Shown in pieces: positions 55,256 to 63,747 of a DNA stretch of 64,000 bases. The notes below the pieces were generated by a model. The model was not told the DNA's origin. It saw nothing but the letters and a program-made list of their open reading frames with translations, and ran no database searches. Origin of the DNA: Acidimicrobiales bacterium (GTDB lineage: Bacteria; Actinomycetota; Acidimicrobiia; Acidimicrobiales; Ilumatobacteraceae). Made by a program: the position numbers and the translations under genes. Within the stretch, counting starts at the first letter, position 1; every line of letters begins with the position of its first letter. The stretch lies in the NCBI GenBank assembly GCA_038328705.1, contig JBBQMG010000004.1, positions 3,391 to 67,390 of the forward strand, written 5' to 3'.

Positions 55256-56169
55256 TGCGCGGCCAGACCTGTCGACGTGTATTCCTGCGCACCTGCGGTC
55301 GCCTTGAGGAACGCATCCTCCAGCGAGCCGGTTTGCGACGACAACTCGTGCAGCACCATCTGCTTCTGCGCAGCCATCTCGCCAACGGCAACGCAGTCCA
55401 AGCCGCGAATGTCGAGGGTGTCGGCGGCGACTTTGGTGACCTCTGCGCCGGCGGACGTGAGCGGACCGACCAGCGTCTCCGCAGTCGGGCTCTGCACTCG
55501 CACCCAGTGGTCTGCGTAACGATCGACGAACGAGATCACAGTGGACTGTTCGATGAGGCGACCCTGGCCAATGACGACAAGATCTTCCCCCATCAGCGCC
55601 ATCTCTGACAGCTGATGGCTGCTGACCAGCACGGTTCGACCCTGGCGAGCGAGATGCGTGAGCACGTCGCGAATCCAGCGAATGCCTTCCGGGTCGAGGC
55701 CGTTGGCGGGCTCGTCGAGGATGATGGTGTGCGGGTCGCCCAACAGCACGCCGGCGAGGCCCAGCCGCTGGCGCATACCCAACGAGTAGCTGCGCAGGCG
55801 TGACCCGGCGACCGAGGTGAGGCCGACCATCTCCAACACTTCGTCGATGCGTGTGCGTGCGATGCCGTTGCTCGCTGCCAGCCAACGCAGGTGGTTGCGG
55901 GCACTACGCCCCGGGTGCACGTAGCCAGCATCGAGCAGCGCGCCCACTTCATGCAGCGGCCGCTTCAAATCGTGGTACGGCGTGCCGTCGAACAACGTGA
56001 CGCCTGCCTCGGGCCGGTCGAGGCCCAGCATGCACCTCATCGTCGTGCTCTTTCCGGAACCATTCGGGCCGAGAAAGCCAGTGACCACGCCAGGTCGCAC
56101 CTCGAAGCCGAGGTGGTCGACGGCGAGCTTCGGTCCGAAACGCTTGGTGAGATTGCCGACGCTGATCAT
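55252..56169 (-). CDS. ABC transporter ATP-binding protein (ABC-2/DrrA-like)
   Basis: Walker A GPNGSGKST, signature YSLGMRQRL and Walker B IILDEP are present. Confidence 0.9.
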   Translation of the reverse strand: MISVGNLTKRFGPKLAVDHLGFEVRPGVVTGFLGPNGSGKSTTMRCMLGLDRPEAGVTLFDGTPYHDLKRPLHEVGALLDAGYVHPGRSARNHLRWLAASNGIARTRIDEVLEMVGLTSVAGSRLRSYSLGMRQRLGLAGVLLGDPHTIILDEPANGLDPEGIRWIRDVLTHLARQGRTVLVSSHQLSEMALMGEDLVVIGQGRLIEQSTVISFVDRYADHWVRVQSPTAETLVGPLTSAGAEVTKVAADTLDIRGLDCVAVGEMAAQKQMVLHELSSQTGSLEDAFLKATAGAQEYTSTGLAAQ

Positions 56170-56207
56170 GCGATCACCGTTGTCATGCGATCACCATCAT
56201 CATTCGA

Positions 56208-57449
56208 TTACAGCGTGTCCACGAAGGCGTTGCCAACCACGACAGGGTCGCCGCCATTGGCGACGATCTCGTTGAGCATCTGGTTGAGGCGCACGGAGGT
56301 CAACGCAGTGGCGATGGCGTCGATGGTGCCGATTGCTTCCGGCGTGGCGGCCGTGGACGACATCAACGCGAGTGCGGCGTTGGTGGGTACCATCAGCTGA
56401 TCGTCGGTGAGGATCGTCATCCGCTGGCTGGTGATCAGTGGGTTCAGCGAGTTCATCACGAAGCAGTCGGCAGTGTCGTCCGTGATCGCGGCAGCAAGGT
56501 CGGCGTCCTCGATGGTGGCGGTGTCCTTGAACTCGCCGCCGTAGTACAACTCGAAGGCGGGAAGGCCACGGATCGGGTCATCCATGAACGCCGCCGAGCC
56601 ACCGAGCACCACGTTGGGAGCGATGGAGGCGAGGTCGGTGAGGGAGATCAGCTGTGTGCCCGAGTTGGCGGTCATGGCAGCAGGTGAACAGGCCACGACT
56701 TGCTTGTTCTCTGCTAATGACCCGTTGTTCACGATCAACGTGGAGGGCAGGCCGGCGTTGAGCGCCAGCACCTGCTCGACGATCGAGTGGCCGTTGCCGG
56801 GCTTGGGGACGTCGGTGGTGGTCGTGTCGCCCACCTGTGTCGTGGCAACAGAGGTCGTGGCAACAGCGGTGGTGGTGGTGACGGCGGACTTGCGAAATCC
56901 GCCGCCGGCGGCCGTCGTCGTGGTTGCAGCGCCGGATGTTGTCGTTGCGCCGCTGGCTGACGTGGTGGTCTCTCCGGCACCAGTCGTCGCGGGCACCGTG
57001 GTCTCGGAAACCGTCGCGGACGGAATTGTGGTGGTGGTCACGATGACCGGGGCCAGCGTGGAAGCCGGGCCGGCGGGCAGCGACGTGCTGGGCAGCGGCG
57101 AGGCATCGGGAAGGCTGTACACGAACTGCAGAAGGTCGTCGGAGTAGTCGGGGATCAGCTGGAAGGTGCCGTCCTGGATGGCCTGGTAGTACTGCGCACG
57201 GTCCATGTCCACCGGGTCCTTGCGAGCAACTCGGAAGCCGCCGTCCTCCAAGACGCGGGCATAGATGGCAGCCAGCAACTGGCTCTTCGGGTCGCCCTTG
57301 ACCGAGGTCACGGCAATTCGCGGCGGCAACGGCAGCGTGCTGGCAGGGGTGGAATCGTCGCTGCTGCACGCGGTGAACGCCAGCGCTGCGAGCGCGGCCG
57401 GGCCGAGGCAACGCATGAACATTTGGGCAGTGGGGGTCGTCCGCTTCAT
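56208..57449 (-). CDS. OpuAC/glycine-betaine-type substrate-binding lipoprotein with a Thr-rich low-complexity insert
   Basis: The signal peptide has a lipobox-like FTAC. OpuAC-like lobes are present (IAVTSVKGDPKSQLLAAIYARVLEDGGF, LIPDYSDDLL). An insert of about 100 aa is rich in Thr, Ala and Gly. Confidence 0.65.
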   Translation of the reverse strand: MKRTTPTAQMFMRCLGPAALAALAFTACSSDDSTPASTLPLPPRIAVTSVKGDPKSQLLAAIYARVLEDGGFRVARKDPVDMDRAQYYQAIQDGTFQLIPDYSDDLLQFVYSLPDASPLPSTSLPAGPASTLAPVIVTTTTIPSATVSETTVPATTGAGETTTSASGATTTSGAATTTTAAGGGFRKSAVTTTTAVATTSVATTQVGDTTTTDVPKPGNGHSIVEQVLALNAGLPSTLIVNNGSLAENKQVVACSPAAMTANSGTQLISLTDLASIAPNVVLGGSAAFMDDPIRGLPAFELYYGGEFKDTATIEDADLAAAITDDTADCFVMNSLNPLITSQRMTILTDDQLMVPTNAALALMSSTAATPEAIGTIDAIATALTSVRLNQMLNEIVANGGDPVVVGNAFVDTL

Positions 57450-57519
57450 CGGGGTGCGAGCCTAGTGGCGGTAGTGGCTGGCGCGGCGGTCGCCCCGTGC
57501 GTCCGAATGAAGGGATGTC

Positions 57520-58410
57520 TCAGATCAGGTCGGAGAGATCGGTGACGTCGGCCGGCTTGGGAACCTCGATGACGATGGGCTCGGCCTGCGGCTTGACAAC
57601 GATGTCGACGGACACCTTTTGGCCGGCCAATGACATCTCGATGGTCGTGCGGCGGATCTGATTCTGCTCGTCGACGTACACGTCGTACGTCAGTTCCTCC
57701 GGAATGTCTCCGTCCAGCTGGTCGAACTGCCGCTGCAGTTGTGGCGATACCTTCAGTGCTTCGAGCGTGTTGACCACGACGACGAAGTGCTTGACCTTGA
57801 CGCTGTCAACCTCATCGAAACCGATCTCGGTGACCGATTTCGCACTGTCGAACACAGCCCCTGCGTCGAGTGGGTTGCCGAGGTCGGTCGAATCGAACAT
57901 CGAGCCGTCGCTGCCGGCTTGGTCCTGCAGGAACTTCTCGTCCATCTTCACCCACTCGGTGTCGATGGGGAGACCGCTGTCTTTCAGGAACGAGCTCTTG
58001 AAGTAGAGGGACTTCTCCTTGGCGTCTGCGACGATCTCTATCGAGCCGTCGACGATGCCGAGGTCCATCACCACGTGGCTGAGGCCGCTGGCGGTGTCGG
58101 TCTCGGCGTCGGCGTTGATCTCCTCACCCATCAGGCTCATCGTCATCGTGAAGGCCACTGCCTTCGTCTCCGCCGCGGCAGCGTTGGCTTTGGACAGCGA
58201 GTAGGTGGCTGCGGCCGAGTCCTTGCTCAGCAGGATGAACCCAGCGGCAGCCACGCCTGCGACAGCCAACACGCCGAGACCGACGAAGAGACCCGTGCGC
58301 TGCTTCTTGGGTTCGTCATGAATCACCACCGACACCGTGGGCTCGCTGAGCTGCGGCGGTGGGAACCCGCCGTTCGCCTCGGTCACTGGGAGTTCAGGAG
58401 GTCCGTCCAT
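57520..58410 (-). CDS. Hypothetical membrane-anchored extracytoplasmic protein (LolA/LppX-like fold is a guess)
   Basis: One N-terminal TM segment (GLFVGLGVLAVAGVAAAGFILL). The ATG at 58410 overlaps the FtsK-like gene end by 17 nt. Confidence 0.4.
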   Translation of the reverse strand: MDGPPELPVTEANGGFPPPQLSEPTVSVVIHDEPKKQRTGLFVGLGVLAVAGVAAAGFILLSKDSAAATYSLSKANAAAAETKAVAFTMTMSLMGEEINADAETDTASGLSHVVMDLGIVDGSIEIVADAKEKSLYFKSSFLKDSGLPIDTEWVKMDEKFLQDQAGSDGSMFDSTDLGNPLDAGAVFDSAKSVTEIGFDEVDSVKVKHFVVVVNTLEALKVSPQLQRQFDQLDGDIPEELTYDVYVDEQNQIRRTTIEMSLAGQKVSVDIVVKPQAEPIVIEVPKPADVTDLSDLI

Positions 58411-61400
58411 CTGCAAAACGGTACTGGGCGGCGGCGTCGGTGGTGGGTCGCGGCACACGATCCGCTGCCAAGGCGATCTGGCTCAGGGCAACGGTGCCGT
58501 TGGCAACCGTCCATGCCAGACCTGGGCGGGCGGGCACCGGTGTACGGCGCGGTAGCGCGACACCCAGTAGGTCGCCGTCCAAATCGCTGCCTCCGGTGAG
58601 CACCAGCCCACTGCGGCTGCGGCGAACCACCACGGTCCAGTGCCCGTAGAGCTGGCGGAGTGCATCCGGACGGCCGGCAGCGACGATCCACGTGTTCGGT
58701 CGGCCACCGGCCGCCAGGACTGCGAGGTGGCCGTTCGGGTCGTCCACCATCTCCGCATCATCGACCACCAACAGCAGCGGGCCGAGGGGTGGCAGGTCGT
58801 GCAGGACGGACGTGTCGAGTGCATTCGACGAAGCGATCATTGGGGTGCTGCGGTCAACGATTGATCGGCGAGGGGTGATCGTTCTCACGACGCCATCCGG
58901 ATGCGCCTCACACCAGGCCCGGGCGATGCGGGCCAGTGCGCTGCTGCGGCCGGATCGTGCACCGCCGACGACGAGCAAGTGCTCACCATCGGGCAATTCG
59001 AAGGAGTTGGCGTTGCCGCTTACGAAGTCGAGACCCAGTGGCAGTGTCGTGAAGCCACCGTGAGCGGAGCCGACCGGCAACCCTTCGGCAGCAACGATTG
59101 CCGGGACGACGGAGATGCTGCTGGCGGCCCGACTGGCGTGGCCGGCACGTAGCGGCGGTCGTGCGGCGTCGTGCACCAACTGCGCAACGAGCCCCGTCGC
59201 GGCAACGACGAGGCGACCGGGCGTGCCTGCCGCAGGGACACGCGCAGCGCTCACGCCAACGATGGCGCCGTCGTGCGCGTCGTGAAGATGCATCACCCAT
59301 CGGTGCGCGCAGCGCGCCAGCAGGCTTGCCGGTACCGCAGCAACATGTTCGACCGTGGCGACGATGGTGATGCCCGCTGCCTCGCCGTCCGCCAGCACTT
59401 CCTCCAGCGCGTCGAACTCCGCTGCGGTATCGAGATCGTCGAGCGTGCGACGAAGTGCGTCGAGCCCGTCGATGAGCAGCACGACCGGTGTCTCGGGGCC
59501 GCCTGCCAACCGCGCCTGCACCATTGCTCGCAGACGATGCAGCAGTCGCATCATCCGTTCCCGCTCATGCAGTCGCACGACGGCGACACACAGTGGATGG
59601 TCTGCCAGGCAGCTCAGTCGATCACTGCCGCGACCATCGATCACATACATGTCAACGGTCGTGACGTCGGCCAGCGTGCACAACGCGGACGTCGCGCCCG
59701 CGCCGGGGCTGCCGGCGATGAGCAGATGTCCGCTGCCCGGTGTCCAGCGCAGCGACATGATGCGCTGCTGGTCGGGATCGTCGACGAGACCGATCGCGTC
59801 GGAGGGCACCTCGTCGCGTGTGAGCTGCGTCGCCAGCGCCGGCTGCCAGGGCGCGGGCGGTCGCGGCACGCCTGCCAGTCGTGCAGCCTCGCCGATCGAG
59901 CGCACCAACACATGCAACTCGGTCTCGCCGCCTCCTGGCGACGCGCCCGTGCAGCGGGCGGTCTGAAAGGTGAGGTGATCATCTGCACCGAGCCGCATCA
60001 CTGCTCTGCCTGGCAGGCCACGCGGCAGCATCGCCGGCGCGGAAATGCCGACCACATCGTTGGCGTCGGCCGTGTCCTGCAGACGCAGCGCGAGGCGCAG
60101 GTTGGTGTTGGCACGAATGTCATCGCTGATCACGCCGCTGGGCCGTTGGGTGGCCAGCAGCAGATGCACGCCCAGGCTGCGGCCGCGCTGGGCAACACCG
60201 ACCAGTGCGTGTAGGAAGTTCGGCTGTTCGGCGACCAGTGCGGCGAACTCATCGATCACCACGACCAAGCGCGGGAGCAACACCTCGGGTGCTTCGGCGC
60301 GCAGCATTGCGAGGTCGGCCGCGCCATGGTCGCGCAGGATTCCTTCGCGGCGGCGAAGCTCTGCGTGCAGGCTGCGCAGCGCGCGATCGGCCAAATGGTC
60401 ATCGAGGTCGGTGATGACTCCGACCACATGTGGCAGTGCCGCGCACGCATCGAAGGTCGCGCCGCCTTTGTAGTCGACCAGCACGAAGCTGAGGTGCGCC
60501 GGGCTGGCACCGGCAGCCATACCCGCGACCAGGCTGCGGAGCAACTCGCTCTTGCCCGCGCCGGTGGTACCGGCGATGAGGCCGTGCGGGCCGTCACGCA
60601 CCAGGTCGATGTCGACGGCGCCATCAGCCGCCATTCCGATCAGCGTGCGCGGGCTGGGGTCGGCACCGGCCGCCACCCATGTCGCGACGATGCCAGCAGG
60701 TGTCAACGAGGTGCCGCCCTCGCTAGTGAGCAACGCACCGAGCGACAGATCGCGCGGCATGCCGGTCGCCACGCTCAGCGGGTCTTCAGGGTCGATCAGC
60801 GTGCGGAGCGCTGCCGCACATCTGAATGTGCGGCGCTCGCCGAGACCGGCGAGACGCACCGGCACCGGCAACATCGTCGCTTGCGTATCGGCGACCCACC
60901 GTCCATACGGGCCGCTCACCGTGGTGAGCACGCTGGTGCACAGGTGCGGCACTCCGACATCGGCAGCGAGAATGACCATCAGCGCCTGTGCGTCCGGGTC
61001 GGCAAGGGCGCGACGCAGCGGGCTGGTGCGAGTGGCCAGCAACGTTGGCTGGTCGGTGACGAACAGCAGATGCGCGGCGTACTCACCGAGATCGGCCAAC
61101 AGCGCGCTGAGGCCGGCTTCGTGTACGATCGCCACGGAGCCGTCAGGTTGGCTGAGGTGCGGCAGCGCGCGCACGCAGTCCCAGTGCGTCGGCCGATCGG
61201 TCACAACCACCAGTCGAAGGTCGGCGGGTCCACACGCGGCAGCCAACTGCACGATCAGCGCGCGGGCGACGCCCATTGCTTGCGGGCCGCGCACTGCCAG
61301 CCGTGCACCGCGCCCGAGATCGGCTGCGATCGGTAGGTCGTATGCCTCGCGATCGTCGACCACGTCTGTATCGCTTGCCGTGTCGGGCCATGACACATCG

Positions 61401-62284
61401 CCCAGGCCGAGCGCGCCGAGATATGCGTCGGCGTGTGTGCTGCGGCGTGACCAGAGTGAGGCGGCAGGCGAGGTGATGACTGAGTACGCGGTTGCGATGG
61501 TCGGCACGGTGGCGACGTGGAATTGGCGGAAACGTTCGCGGTCGGAAAATACCTCGGCGAGGTACGCGGCCCGTGCCTCAGCAAAGTCGATCGCATCCCG
61601 CTTCCGCGACCGCCGCGAGGCCAATCGCTGGGCACCCCAACTGCCAATTGCGACCAGACCACCGAGCGCGCCGAACAGCAGGAACATCGGTTGCTGCATC
61701 ACCACGGCGATCGCGCCGGCGCCGGCCACTCCAAGCAGCGCAGGAACGAGCCCGGCGGACGTGTCGTGAGCAACCGCGGGCGCCGGTGGCGGCGTGGGGT
61801 GTGCGGGCTGCCACTCGGGCAGTGCCCGCGGGCTACGAATCAGGGTGGATTCGACAACGTGGGCGCCTCCCAGTTCGCTGTCGCTGGTAGCCCGCCGGAA
61901 CTCGATCGTGCTCGCCCCCAACTCGATCACCGAACCGCTCCGCACGGTCGTCTCGCCGGCGATCACGAGACCATCGATCAGTATCGGCGTGCGCCCGGTC
62001 AGCTGGATGAGCACCAGTCCGCCATCGGGTCGCACCTCGACGAGCGCGTGGTGAGGCTGCAGCGTCGGGTCGTCGCAGCGCACCTCAGCGGTGTGTGCTC
62101 GCCCCACCAGATGCCGCCCCGCCCGGAGGCTGTGGGTGGCACCTGCATCAGGCCCGGTCCGCCAAGTGCACTGCCAGGTGCTGCCGTTGATCGTGCCGTT
62201 GATCGTGGCGTGTGTCGTGTTCTCGTTGCAGGTGTCCATCATCCGAACTGGGCATGGTGAGTTGCTCGGATCGGCAAAATTCAT
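58394..62284 (-). CDS. FHA-domain FtsK/SpoIIIE-family triple P-loop ATPase (EccC/EssC-like)
   Basis: An N-terminal FHA domain and 2 TM segments are followed by three ATPase modules. D1 has GTTGAGKSE and VVVIDEF. D2 has GSPGAGAT (Lys replaced by Ala). D3 has GGARSGRS (Lys replaced by Arg). Confidence 0.85.
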   Translation of the reverse strand: MNFADPSNSPCPVRMMDTCNENTTHATINGTINGSTWQCTWRTGPDAGATHSLRAGRHLVGRAHTAEVRCDDPTLQPHHALVEVRPDGGLVLIQLTGRTPILIDGLVIAGETTVRSGSVIELGASTIEFRRATSDSELGGAHVVESTLIRSPRALPEWQPAHPTPPPAPAVAHDTSAGLVPALLGVAGAGAIAVVMQQPMFLLFGALGGLVAIGSWGAQRLASRRSRKRDAIDFAEARAAYLAEVFSDRERFRQFHVATVPTIATAYSVITSPAASLWSRRSTHADAYLGALGLGDVSWPDTASDTDVVDDREAYDLPIAADLGRGARLAVRGPQAMGVARALIVQLAAACGPADLRLVVVTDRPTHWDCVRALPHLSQPDGSVAIVHEAGLSALLADLGEYAAHLLFVTDQPTLLATRTSPLRRALADPDAQALMVILAADVGVPHLCTSVLTTVSGPYGRWVADTQATMLPVPVRLAGLGERRTFRCAAALRTLIDPEDPLSVATGMPRDLSLGALLTSEGGTSLTPAGIVATWVAAGADPSPRTLIGMAADGAVDIDLVRDGPHGLIAGTTGAGKSELLRSLVAGMAAGASPAHLSFVLVDYKGGATFDACAALPHVVGVITDLDDHLADRALRSLHAELRRREGILRDHGAADLAMLRAEAPEVLLPRLVVVIDEFAALVAEQPNFLHALVGVAQRGRSLGVHLLLATQRPSGVISDDIRANTNLRLALRLQDTADANDVVGISAPAMLPRGLPGRAVMRLGADDHLTFQTARCTGASPGGGETELHVLVRSIGEAARLAGVPRPPAPWQPALATQLTRDEVPSDAIGLVDDPDQQRIMSLRWTPGSGHLLIAGSPGAGATSALCTLADVTTVDMYVIDGRGSDRLSCLADHPLCVAVVRLHERERMMRLLHRLRAMVQARLAGGPETPVVLLIDGLDALRRTLDDLDTAAEFDALEEVLADGEAAGITIVATVEHVAAVPASLLARCAHRWVMHLHDAHDGAIVGVSAARVPAAGTPGRLVVAATGLVAQLVHDAARPPLRAGHASRAASSISVVPAIVAAEGLPVGSAHGGFTTLPLGLDFVSGNANSFELPDGEHLLVVGGARSGRSSALARIARAWCEAHPDGVVRTITPRRSIVDRSTPMIASSNALDTSVLHDLPPLGPLLLVVDDAEMVDDPNGHLAVLAAGGRPNTWIVAAGRPDALRQLYGHWTVVVRRSRSGLVLTGGSDLDGDLLGVALPRRTPVPARPGLAWTVANGTVALSQIALAADRVPRPTTDAAAQYRFADGRTS

Positions 62285-62319
62285 CGGACGATTTCGAAGA
62301 AGTCCCCTGGTCAGCGGAT

Positions 62320-62372
62320 CGTGAGCGACGTGTGAGGGTGCCTGTGAGCCGTGCTGTGAGGCAGGCGGTGAA
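62320..62372. repeat. Five phased direct hexamer repeats (C/T/G)GTGA(G/A) at 11-12-bp spacing in a divergent intergenic region
   Basis: CGTGAG at 62320, TGTGAG at 62331, 62343 and 62355, GGTGAA at 62367. The array lies between the FtsK-like start (62284) and the sigma-like start (62396). Confidence 0.8.
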
Positions 62373-62395
62373 GTGGGGCGCGGACGATCGGATCC

Positions 62396-63148
62396 ATGAA
62401 TCAGCGACTCCCCCTCGTCATCAATCGTTCACTGCTCGCCCGTCTCGACCGCGAGTGGCAGGCACTCGTTCAACGCCCTACTGTCCTTCGCCGGGCAGCT
62501 GGATGGGGCCTCGGCGTCGAGTTCGCCAGCTTGGATGAGGTCGTGTGTGCCGCCGGGTATAGGTCACTCACCGGCGAGCGTGGGTGTGACCGTGAGCCGC
62601 CGTCCGTCGCAGCGAACGAGGTTCTACGGCGGTTGTTGTCGGCTGCCGGCACCGACGACGTTGCCGCCAGGGTCGTGCTCCAGCGGCTGCTACCCGGCGT
62701 GGTTGCCATCTCGCGCCGGTGGGGTGGGCATCGCCAGGGCGGGTCGATGGATGCCTTCGACGAGATGCTGTCTGCAACGTGGATGGTGATCCGCGAATTT
62801 CCTGCCGAGCGGCGGTCGCGCCACCTTGCTGCGAGTGTTCTCAGGGCAGGTGAGTACCGCGCGTTTCAGCGGGCGAACCGCCGACTGCTGGTGCACGAGT
62901 TGACTGCTCCGAACCTGCTCGACCTGCCAGTGGAGACCGTCGTGACGCTCGACGTGGCCGCGGAGTTGGCGGAGGTGGTGGCGTGTGCCAGCTCACTGAC
63001 AGAGCACGAGCTGCAGTTGATCGAACTGCTCGCCCGCGGCTGTAGCCCGGCCGAGATGGCTGAGCAACTGAGCATCAGCGTGCGGACCGTCCGCAATCGC
63101 CGTGACGCCGTGGTGCACCGCCTGCGAGACGCAGCGATGGCCGCATGA
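62396..63148 (+). CDS. Sigma-70-family (ECF-like) or LuxR-type HTH regulator
   Basis: A region-2-like segment (DAFDEMLSATWMVIREF) and a C-terminal region-4/LuxR HTH (LTEHELQLIELLARGCSPAEMAEQLSISVRTVRNRR) are present. The ~100-aa N-terminus is atypical. Confidence 0.55.
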   Translation: MNQRLPLVINRSLLARLDREWQALVQRPTVLRRAAGWGLGVEFASLDEVVCAAGYRSLTGERGCDREPPSVAANEVLRRLLSAAGTDDVAARVVLQRLLPGVVAISRRWGGHRQGGSMDAFDEMLSATWMVIREFPAERRSRHLAASVLRAGEYRAFQRANRRLLVHELTAPNLLDLPVETVVTLDVAAELAEVVACASSLTEHELQLIELLARGCSPAEMAEQLSISVRTVRNRRDAVVHRLRDAAMAA

Positions 63149-63153
63149 CTGGG

Positions 63154-63702
63154 TCAGCCGTTCGGCCTCTCACTCTGCAGCCAGGCGAGGTGGTCCAGCA
63201 TGGACGGCACGGTGCGTTCGATGACGTCGAACATGGTCTCGTAGGCCGCCCTCGGCTGGCCCCACGGGTCCGGTAGGTCCTCGTCGCCGGGCATCGCGTA
63301 CGGGTCCCAGCGGCGAAGCAGTTGCACCTGCATCGGCTCGACTGCTGCAACCTGTCCGACTCGTTGCTCGACACCGCCACGCATCCGTTCGAGATCGTCC
63401 ACGTTCATGCGATCCATGGCCACGATCAGGTCGAAGCGAGCGAAGTCGTCAGGATGAATCTGGCGACCGAAGTGATCCACTGAGTACCCGCGCAGCGCGC
63501 CCTCGGCAATCGCCAGCGGGTGCGGAGCCTCGCCCACATGTGCCCGTGAGGTGCCCGCGGAGTCGAACTGGATCGCGCCGGCGGACCGGGTCGAGCCGTT
63601 GGCCCGGGCCAGTGCGTTGGCGACTGCATGAGCCGACGGCGACCGGCAATGATTCCCGAGACACACGAAGAGCACCGAGACCGTCGGTGGTTTGGCCGCC
63701 AT
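63154..63702 (-). CDS. Low-molecular-weight protein-tyrosine phosphatase
   Basis: The P-loop is VLFVCLGNHCRSP. The DP motif DLPDPWG supplies the catalytic Asp. ATG at 63702. Confidence 0.85.
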   Translation of the reverse strand: MAAKPPTVSVLFVCLGNHCRSPSAHAVANALARANGSTRSAGAIQFDSAGTSRAHVGEAPHPLAIAEGALRGYSVDHFGRQIHPDDFARFDLIVAMDRMNVDDLERMRGGVEQRVGQVAAVEPMQVQLLRRWDPYAMPGDEDLPDPWGQPRAAYETMFDVIERTVPSMLDHLAWLQSERPNG

Positions 63703-63747
63703 GGGATGACGGACTACCACACACCGCGGCCCGACACCAGGGGTGTG

